From Chrysochromulina tobinii (lineage: Eukaryota): a stretch of DNA of 39,463 nt. The notes below the pieces were generated by a model that saw only the letters and a program-made list of their open reading frames with translations, was not told the origin of the DNA and did not search any database. A program made the translations under genes and the position numbers. The stretch covers positions 1 to 39,463 of the forward strand of contig JWZX01002420.1 in NCBI GenBank assembly GCA_001275005.1, in the 5' to 3' direction. The stretch's first letter is position 1; each line of letters begins with the position of its first letter. This document shows positions 9,219-17,350 of this stretch, one piece after another.

Positions 9219-10931
9219 CTACAAGGATACGGCACAAAGGGAATGCGTCCCTGTATTGAGCACCATGCTGGCCATTGTCACCCACTCATTCTTCGCGGGA
9301 TCATACTGCTCGACGGAGCTGAGCCAGTTTTTGCCGTCGTGGCCGCCCATCACATACAGCTTGCCATCGAACACCGCCGCTGCAGAACAGCTTCGTGCCG
9401 TAGACATTGGTGCGACTGCCTCCCAGGCATTTGTCGCCGGATCGTACCGCTCGACGGAGCTGAGCCGGTTTTGGCCGTCAAAGCCGCCCATCACATACAG
9501 CTTGCCATCAACCGCCGCAGCCGCAAAACCGTCTCGTGCCGTGGACATCGGTGCGACTGCCTCCCAGGCATTTTTAGCCAGATCGTACCGCTCGACGGAG
9601 CTGAGCGACGACTCATCATCTGTATCATTGCCGCCCATCACATACAGCTTGCCATCGACCGCCACCGCCGCCAAACCGGATCGTGCCGTGGACATCGACG
9701 GCATCGCCTCCCACACATTCGCCGTGGAGTCGTACTGCTCGACAGAGCTGAGCGTGTGTCCATCAGCATCAGCGCCGCCCATCACATACAGCTTGCCATC
9801 AACCGCCGCCGCCGCCAAAGCGTATCGTGCCGTGGACATTGGTGCGACTGCCTCCCAGGCATTCTTAGCCAGATCGTACCGCTCGACGGAGCTGAGCCCG
9901 TGTCCATCATCATCAGCACCGTCCATCACATACAGCTTGCCATCAACCGCCGCCGCCGCCAAACCGGATCGTGCCGTGGACATCGGCGCCATCGCCTCCC
10001 ACACATTTGCCATGGAGTCGAACCTGTGAAAGGTGGCCAACGCATCACTGCCATCGTACCCGCCCACAATGTAGAGCTGCTCAAAGCCCATACGACGACG
10101 CGCCGAGTCGCCGTGCAGGGCGCCGAAAAAATAATTGCTCAGCATCTGCATGCCAGCAAACGTCCTCAGCAGCGGCTCGTTGTGCACCGTCTCTTGCACA
10201 AACTCGCGACTCAGCAGCGGAAAGCGCACCAGCCGAAGCAGTTCCAGCGCGTCGTCCTCGGCGGGTGGAGGCGCCTGGGCGTGCAGCCACTTGACCGCTG
10301 CCGAGTACACAGCCTCTTCATCAGCCACCTTGAGCCGGTCGGAGGCGACCAGCACATGCACCATCTCTGCCGGCGCGCTCAGCCACGCGGGCGTCGCTGC
10401 GATCTGCTCAAAGTGGCGAGCCGCTGCTGACACCGCGTCGGCCGCGAGCTGGCTCAGACCCTGCCGGTCGGCGACGGCCCAAAAGGCGAGGGCAGTGGTC
10501 GCGCTCAGGTGTGCACTCATCGCCTTGGCCGCGGCGTCCACGAGCGGTCGAATCTGCAGATAGGCCGCCGCCTGGAGCACGACCATCAGCTCTGCCTCAT
10601 CGGCGACCGCGCAACTCCCCGTGTAGATGAACTCGAGGCATGCGGCGAGCCCTTGCTTCGGGACCTCGGGCAGCGATAGCGGCCGACCGGCGGTGTCCGC
10701 CCACCGCTCGCCGGCCAGCAGGCGCTCAAAGTACTCAGAACCCGAGGTGATGCACAGGGCGTGAGCGTGGAAGGCGGTGCCGTCCGCCGCCACCACCTCC
10801 ACGTCGGTGAGGCGACCATCGCGGAACTTGGCGATGGCGCTCGGCTTCTCGGCGAGGCCGCCTACGAGCTCGATCGATGCGGCGGAGGGCGCGTCGGCGG
10901 ATGCGCGGGCGCGCTTCGGAGCGGGCGGCAT
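9219..10931 (-). CDS. BTB-BACK-Kelch (KLHL-like) Cullin3 adaptor
   Basis: BTB (LTDVEVV..FHAHALCITSGSEYF, CLEFIYTG), BACK (LKVADEEAVYSAAVKWL, LVRFPLL), six Kelch repeats (GKLYVMGG...SSVERYD...WEAVAPMSTAR); start at 10931 or 10952. Confidence 0.93.
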   Translation of the reverse strand: MPPAPKRARASADAPSAASIELVGGLAEKPSAIAKFRDGRLTDVEVVAADGTAFHAHALCITSGSEYFERLLAGERWADTAGRPLSLPEVPKQGLAACLEFIYTGSCAVADEAELMVVLQAAAYLQIRPLVDAAAKAMSAHLSATTALAFWAVADRQGLSQLAADAVSAAARHFEQIAATPAWLSAPAEMVHVLVASDRLKVADEEAVYSAAVKWLHAQAPPPAEDDALELLRLVRFPLLSREFVQETVHNEPLLRTFAGMQMLSNYFFGALHGDSARRRMGFEQLYIVGGYDGSDALATFHRFDSMANVWEAMAPMSTARSGLAAAAVDGKLYVMDGADDDGHGLSSVERYDLAKNAWEAVAPMSTARYALAAAAVDGKLYVMGGADADGHTLSSVEQYDSTANVWEAMPSMSTARSGLAAVAVDGKLYVMGGNDTDDESSLSSVERYDLAKNAWEAVAPMSTARDGFAAAAVDGKLYVMGGFDGQNRLSSVERYDPATNAWEAVAPMSTARSCSAAAVFDGKLYVMGGHDGKNWLSSVEQYDPAKNEWVTMASMVLNTGTHSLCAVSL

Positions 10932-11398
10932 GACAGAATTTTGTGCCTTCATGTTAATACACACAACACGTGAGCAGCACAGCTGTGAAGACAAAACAAT
11001 ACAATACAGGCCAGGCCTCAACTGAGACACATGCAGGCAGAGAGCTGAGAAACAGCCTATAAGAGAAGATCGGCGAGACCCAAATATGAACTCGGGAGGG
11101 AGTGCGCCCGCCGACGTGGGCGGTGAACCCCCAAATGGGCGAGCCAAGGGGCAACGAGCATCGAGTCGAAATCGAATGTTTCGCGGCCCCCTGAAGAGAC
11201 GCAGCATCCGTCCGTCCTCGCGCATGTCAACGACCCGGCAAAGAGCCGGATTCGAGACAGGGAACCACTCAAGCTCTCCCCTCCAAGGGGCAATCACCCG
11301 AGGAGCTCTGCATGTGCCCCAAAGAACACAAGGAGAAGGCCGCCACACAGCCAGCCAGAAAAGAAGAAGAAAAAGAAAATTCATAGTCCTGCCATCCC

Positions 11399-11440
11399 CA
11401 AGTCAAGTCAAGTCCAGACTTGACTAGTACTTGACTTGAC
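11399..11440. repeat. (CAAGT)n microsatellite arranged as an inverted repeat
   Basis: CAAGTCAAGTCAAGTC-CAG-ACTTGACT-AGT-ACTTGACTTGAC. Confidence 0.85.
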
Positions 11441-11487
11441 ATCTCTCACAGTCCCACACAAGAACGGACACGTACTTCACGCACATG

Positions 11488-13993
11488 TCATGTGGATGAG
11501 CGACTCCAAGGGCTGTCAAACTCGACCGCGTATCCAACGGCCGGCTGCAGATTCAAGACGGCGTGGCCCCAGTCGCGCGGCACGAACAGAAGGTCGCCTG
11601 CCTCCTGGGTGAGCGTGAGCGGGCAGTGACGCAGCTCGAGCTCGCGCCGTTCGCACCGGCCGCAAAGGTCGGGCACCGCCTCACGCACCCACTGGCTTGC
11701 AGGCACCGTCGAGAAGTTGGCGGCGTCGGGCGGGAAGAGCCACCAGCGCTTGCGGCCGTGCGCGAGGACGTTGAAAGCGTCGCCGTGGTAGTGCATTGGC
11801 GCTCCCGCCCCAGCCGGGCCCAGGTAGAATTGCGCCGGCTGGGGCTGGAAGGGGGAATTGGGCTTGGCCAGGAGGGGGGGCATCGGCGGCAGGCGCGCCG
11901 CAGCGAGGAGTGTGCCGACCGCGTCGTTTTGGGCGTCCGGCGGCGCTGCGGCGGTGGTCGCGGCACCGCCCGTCGCCGCGCCCAGCACGGCGCCAGATGC
12001 CGCGCCGCCCTGAGCACTAGAGCGCTCAAAGATGTACGTGAGCGCCGTGTCGGTGCCGCTGTTTCTTGCACTGCTCTGGTTGCCAATGCGCCCAGTGGCG
12101 CCATCCACGTCGTGGGCAAAGAGGCTGCCCATAAAGTCTCGTAGCCGCGTGGGCTGTGAATGCGCGAGCCCGAAGGATGCCGCAAAGGGCACTGCCGCTG
12201 GAGCGAAGCGGAGCATGCCGTGCTGAGCCAGGAGTTGGGGCCGTGCCCACGCGCGGCGCATAGGCCAATCCGAGGCCGCGCCCCGCAGCAACAACGGACG
12301 CCCCGGAGCATAAAACTCTCTTAGGAAGCGCTCGGGCCAGGCGGCCGAGGTGGCCGAGGCTTCAGGGGCTGCCTCGGTGACCACATGCGCGCTCCCACCA
12401 CATGGCAGGAGCGCTATGCCCAGCAGCTCGGCAGGCAGTTCGCCCTTGCCCCACTGGACGTCGTCGTCGCGCTCGGCTACGCCGGACGCCGCCGACGCCG
12501 CCGCCGACGCCGACGCCGCCGACGCCTCCGGCGCACGATGCGCTCCCTTCGCGGGCGCGTCTGGGCGGCTCGACGCGCCCGCGCAACCCTCGAGTGTCCA
12601 TCGATGCTCGGCAGGCACGTCGGCGGCGGCGGCAGCGTCCGTTTGAACGCCAACGTCCGCTGCAAGCAACAGCTTGGCAACCTCAAGAGCGCCGGCCGCG
12701 GCGGCCGCGTGCAGTGGGCTGGCCCCGTTGGCATTGCGTAAGTCGACGGACGTAAGTGGGCCGTACAAAATCTCGCCGTACTGCTGCTCGCGCGCCCATA
12801 ATAGGCAGGCGGTCTCTCGCCGTCCGCGTGCCGCGGCTAGACCCAGCGCCGTCAGCCCGGCTCGCGAGCGCACGCGCAAGGCGTGGAGTGCAGCGGCGGA
12901 GCGCATGGCGGGAGTCGTGGCGTGCGCAGGAGCCATGCTCTGCGTGTGTGCGAGGAGTGCCTCGACCACGGGCGCGTTGCCATAGGATGCCGCAACATGA
13001 AGTGCATTCTCGCCGCAGCAGGGCGGGCCGTCGTGTACCATCGGGTCGAGCCCCAGGCGGAGCAACGGTGTGAAGAAGCGTGCTGTCCAGCGGCTCACCA
13101 CGGCGCTCACCTGATGAGGGAAGTCATGAACACTCATTTGTGGTCATCAGAGGCAATCAACTGCTCATGACGGCGCTCACCGCCGCCTGGCGCACTGCGG
13201 ATCCACTCGCCCCAGCAGACGGCTCCACCCCGCTCGCTAAAGTGCCCTGAGCTGTGGAAGTGCCCTGAGCTGTGAAAGTGCCCTGAGCTGTGAAAGTGCC
13301 CTGAGCTGTGGAAGCGCCGGGAGCGTCCCTCAAGAGAGCTTCCACAGCTGTGGGCTCGAGATCACGCAGCGTGGCTATCCAGCCGAGTAGCCGGCGGCGA
13401 CGCACATGCTCGCGATCAGCGAGCAGCAGGATGCGGCTGACGGCCGCCACCTCCGCACGCGTCGTCGCGGCGAGCTGCAGCAGCGGCGTGCTGCGCAGCG
13501 CACTCACAATGCCCTCAGACCGGAGGCCACCACACAAAATCTCGACTCCGCGGAGGTGGCGCGAGCGAATGGCTGAGAAGAGCGCATCGGCTGCGTCCGC
13601 CTGCCAGCCGTCGAATCGCTGGGCCGCGAGCCACGTAAGCCATTGCTCAAACGCAGGCTCCTCCCCGTCATCCTCCGAGCAGCGGCCTGAGCACACGCCG
13701 GCCAGCGACAGGTTGCCTCGAACTGAGGCCATGGATCGTGCGGCCATGGACACGCTGAGCAGGCCTCGAAATGGCGCAGCACCTTGATCGGCGAGATCCA
13801 TCGCAGTCGCCCAGCGCAGTGCTCGTGAACGGTCTGACTGAGGTGGCACCGGCGGAGGTGGAGGCAGAGGTGGTGACCTTGAAAACCACCACGCACATGC
13901 TGCAGCCGCGAGCGCAATGCCGATGCCTAGCACGAGCAAGCCACTGCTGTCGGCCTTGGTGGTCTTCGGTCGTCGAATGGTGGCTTTTCCCAT
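11488..13993 (-). CDS. Membrane-anchored ankyrin-repeat + JmjC/cupin-8 protein (JMJD8-like); join(11488..13110,13181..13993)
   Basis: N-terminal TM LLVLGIGIALAAAACAWWF; ankyrin GENALHVAASYGN, GLTALGLAAARG, GASPLHAAAAAG; JmjC QFYLGPAGAGAPMHYH..N.LAHGRKRWWLFPP, QEAGDLLFVPRDWGHAVLNL; a 70-nt intron joins the two ORFs in frame. Confidence 0.85.
13111..13180 (-). other. 70-nt intron bounded by a direct repeat of the exon sequence
   Basis: G|GTGAGCGCCGT...CATCAG|GTGAGCGCCGT; contains an in-frame TGA and length is not a multiple of 3. Confidence 0.85.
13240..13313. repeat. 18-bp tandem repeat x4, coding (S/F)TAQGT
   Basis: AAGTGCCCTGAGCTGTG(G/A) units. Confidence 0.9.
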
Positions 13994-14261
13994 TGATCCC
14001 CCAAAACTTGCTCAGTTTTCCTAAACAGGTAACCGCGAGATTCCTTCCAGTTTCCCTGGTACAAAAACACTGTTCATAAACACCGGGGACACACTCAGGA
14101 TACTTCGTGAATTGTGAACGGACACAGTGGACGTTTCATTCGAAGTTCCGCAGGGTGCCTCTATAGGTGGACGCCCCTCGACCAGGGGCAAGGAGAGCGT
14201 GGTGTCGGAGCGGGGCTCGGAAGAACGCGACTTCTCGCTCGTGCCTTCGTTCGACAACTCC

Positions 14262-15698
14262 ATGGAGCCTGAGCTGCGCGATCTCCTCGCCGGCGTGAAC
14301 CCAGAAGCTCTCACCATCCTTGCCGACAACGATATTTTCTCCGTGGACGATGCCAAGATGCTTACTGTTACAGACCTTGTCAATCTGGGCATCAAGCTTG
14401 GATCGCGCAATAAGATCCTCAAGCTGCTAGTGCCCGCCTCCTCCCCGCCATCGACATCACCGGCGTCACCACCTCCACCATCTGCTCCGCCGGCACCTGC
14501 AACGCCAGCGCCACTGCATGAAGAAAGGCAGGAGGAAAGGGTTGCGACGCTCCACCTCAACCTCATCGCACCAGAAACACCACCGCCACTGCAAGAGGAA
14601 AGGGTTGCGAAGCTGCAGTATGAGGTGACAAAGCTGGCGAAGCAGCTGGGGATAAAAGACGGTGTGCATCTGCCTCCGAACGACCCAGTCCGACGGTCGG
14701 GAGCAGATACAACCCGTCTGATTGGGCCTCACCTTTCTCCATTCGTGCGGCACCTTGTAGCTAAGGAGGATGCGCATGAAGCTTTCGTTAAGGCTCCGCT
14801 CGAATGGCGAGAATGCCCTTTGTGTGAGTTCCGATGGCTCGACAAATACCGCAAAGACGAATGTCCAAAATGTCTCAGCAAGCTCTCCAAGATGATGGAG
14901 ATCCGCGCAGGCGGCGCCAAGCCACAATGGAATGCGGGGCCGGTACCGACGTTCAAGCACCCTCCCGGGAGCGCTATGATCGCAGAGCATGGCGATTGCA
15001 CCGCTGGTGGCCTTCACTTTTTCAAGTACGGGAAGTGTCTCAAGTGCGGCATCTGCGAAGGCGTGGCTCTGAAACGCGAACACGCCCGCCTCAAGGTAAC
15101 TGTTGATGATTCACTCATCAAGCCCAGGCTTTACCGGCTCTCCGACTCTGAACTCGAGCGGCCCATCACTCGACGTGACTATTCGGTCTTCGACATGCCA
15201 TCTAGCCCTAACACACCGATCGCGAGCCATGGCTCGCCTCCCCAAAAGCGACAGGCTGGCGCCCGACTCAATCGCTCCCACTGGGCACCAGCAGCCACCA
15301 GCAGCCACCACTGGCGACAGGGACCAGCAGCCACCAAAAGTGGCAGGGACGGGCCCATCGGCCTGACCTTTTACAGCGCTTCACTGATGGAACTAAAGCC
15401 AGATTGGCGGCAACCAGCGATGCGCTATGGCCCATCGCCACCGCGGTCGCCACCCACCACTCCGGCCGCGAAGAAGGCGGTGTCTAGACCGAAGTCCGCA
15501 CCGACCTACATGAAACCCAAGGCCCAAGAGCCACTACCGCCAGGAACGTCGATCTTTGAGCTGACCCAAAGCTCAGGTGACCGACACTTGGCCATCACAG
15601 TCGCTGGTCGGCTCGAGCAGTATTCCGAGGAAATCTTCAGCCCGACGACAAGTCCAGCTCGAAGAGCAAGAATCTGGACGAGCCCATGGCTGCGATGA
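14262..15698 (+). CDS. Hypothetical protein with N-terminal SAM-like domain and Cys/His putative Zn-binding motifs
   Basis: LADNDIFSVDDAKMLTVTDLVNLGIKLGSRNKILKLL (SAM-like); CPLC..CPKC and C..GGLHFFKYGKCLKC motifs; first ATG at 14262. Confidence 0.65.
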   Translation: MEPELRDLLAGVNPEALTILADNDIFSVDDAKMLTVTDLVNLGIKLGSRNKILKLLVPASSPPSTSPASPPPPSAPPAPATPAPLHEERQEERVATLHLNLIAPETPPPLQEERVAKLQYEVTKLAKQLGIKDGVHLPPNDPVRRSGADTTRLIGPHLSPFVRHLVAKEDAHEAFVKAPLEWRECPLCEFRWLDKYRKDECPKCLSKLSKMMEIRAGGAKPQWNAGPVPTFKHPPGSAMIAEHGDCTAGGLHFFKYGKCLKCGICEGVALKREHARLKVTVDDSLIKPRLYRLSDSELERPITRRDYSVFDMPSSPNTPIASHGSPPQKRQAGARLNRSHWAPAATSSHHWRQGPAATKSGRDGPIGLTFYSASLMELKPDWRQPAMRYGPSPPRSPPTTPAAKKAVSRPKSAPTYMKPKAQEPLPPGTSIFELTQSSGDRHLAITVAGRLEQYSEEIFSPTTSPARRARIWTSPWLR

Positions 15699-15939
15699 GT
15701 TCCAGGACCATTTCTAATTCTTGAGTTGATACTGTGTGAGGTATACTACTATACTGCTACGGGTACGCTGGCTCGCACACACGGACACGCCGCCACCGGC
15801 GGCCACGCCCGAACCGCCATATCCCATAACGAGAAATCTCGACACCGCCAAAACCGGCACGATCAACCCGCCGCGGATCCGCGCCGGCGAACGGCGAGTT
15901 GGAGCGTGTCCTGTCGCGGTGTGCGCGAATCGGCTGCGG

Positions 15940-16869
15940 TCACACGGTCTCTCCGCCGGTCCCGAGCCAAACGCGATGTGTCGAGATGATGAGGTCAACG
16001 GTGCACGGAAGCTGGGCGCCAGCAGCGACTTCGCGCCGTAACTCGTCTCGGCAGGCGCCCAGTCGTATAAAGGGCGTCATCTCGAGAAGCTGTGTCGCCT
16101 GCTTGCCGCAAAAAACCTCCTCCGTGCGCACTCGCATATAGTTCTCTGCCAGCGCTGCGGGGTGATGGTCCGGGCCCGCCCTCTCGGCCTTCAAGCCGCC
16201 CCGTACTCGTTCCGAGAGTTGCCGCAAATGGTCGGGCCCAGCACGTGCGTTGATCACGGCGCTGCCTGGACGGAGCACGCGACAAATCGAGTCCCAGGGA
16301 GCGTGCGCAAACGCGACCAAGACCACATCAAAAGAGCCATCTGCAAAAGGCAGCTTGTGCGGCGATGCGACGGCGAAGTTGGCCCCTGGCTGCCGCCCGG
16401 CTGCGTAGCGCACGGCGAGCTTCTCGGTATCGGTGCCCCACAGACCAGCAGCGGCACGTCCCGTAGCCGCGAGGTGCTCACCGACTTTGCGCAGATAGAA
16501 CCCCTCGCCGCAGCCGGCGGCCAGTATGTTGGTGTCGCAGCCCTCACGTTCAGGGCATCTTGAGAGAGCGCGGCTAACCTCCTCGGCCAGTGCACTCGCC
16601 TGCGTTGCGAACCCACCCATCTCGAAGAAGGCTCGCTGCGCCCGTATAATCGCTTCCGATTCCAGCAGCTCATGCGGCTTCTGTCGCATGGGACGCAGGA
16701 GGTGAACATGGCCTTCGCGCGCTTTGCTGATTACATGACCGTTCGCGCAAGCCAGCGAGTGATCGAAGGATTGCGAGGGTAGCAGCGGATGGCCGCATGA
16801 TGGGCAGGAGAAATGCGTCGATGATAAGGAGCGTCGGTATCTACGCCCGGCAATGCGGGATGTGAACAT
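15940..16869 (-). CDS. RlmA-like (23S rRNA m1G745/748) SAM-dependent methyltransferase with putative organellar transit peptide
   Basis: Zn module FSCPSCGHPL...ACANGH.ISKAREGHVHLL; RAQRAFFEMGGF; GCGEGFY; LPFADGSFD; RVLRPG; GPDHLRQL; LLEMTPF. Arg/Ser-rich N-terminus MFTSRIAGRRYRRSLSS. Confidence 0.8.
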   Translation of the reverse strand: MFTSRIAGRRYRRSLSSTHFSCPSCGHPLLPSQSFDHSLACANGHVISKAREGHVHLLRPMRQKPHELLESEAIIRAQRAFFEMGGFATQASALAEEVSRALSRCPEREGCDTNILAAGCGEGFYLRKVGEHLAATGRAAAGLWGTDTEKLAVRYAAGRQPGANFAVASPHKLPFADGSFDVVLVAFAHAPWDSICRVLRPGSAVINARAGPDHLRQLSERVRGGLKAERAGPDHHPAALAENYMRVRTEEVFCGKQATQLLEMTPFIRLGACRDELRREVAAGAQLPCTVDLIISTHRVWLGTGGETV

Positions 16870-17132
16870 GTCATGTATTCGTGATCGAGTCGAACGATGC
16901 GCGCACACTCGGCCATCTCCACGGAAAATGGCCATGTTCATACCCTTTCTCGTGCTTTCTCGCGTTCTGAAGTTATTCCCAGTTCAGACAGTCAGCCAGT
17001 TTCGTCGCGGTCGCGGTCACCCATCTCACCACGCACCGTCTCAAAGGACGGCACCACACACCACCAACACACTAACATGTACTACATGTTCCCTCCCGTC
17101 CGTAAGACAATACAACAAAATACAACACAAAA

Positions 17133-17296
17133 ATGTGTATCTTCGAACGTATCTTCGAACGTCATGTGATGTCTCTGTAATCTGACTGAAACATTGTAAT
17201 CATCATCCAGAATACATCCAGAATACATTCAAGATACACTCGGATCGCATGTATGATACGTATCTGATAACCCAAACCCCACCAATTCCGATAACT
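17133..17296. repeat. AT-rich GTATC/GATAC/GAATAC-motif element, possible MITE or TE end fragment
   Basis: GTATCTTCGAAC x2, CATCCAGAATA x2, inverted GTGTATCTT/AAGATACAC, GATAAC..GATAAC. Confidence 0.4.
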
Positions 17297-17350
17297 TGAC
17301 CGCCCTACGTCTCCCCACCAGCTGCACGCCGTCGGCACGGCTGCCGCCTG

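Noticed and set aside
9172..10430. Repetitive plus-strand ORFs (285 and 395 aa)
   Set aside because: Antisense shadows of the Kelch repeats.
10953..11384. N-terminal extension of the Kelch ORF with a signal-peptide-like start
   Set aside because: Lower GC and no codon bias; likely UTR/promoter that is open by chance.
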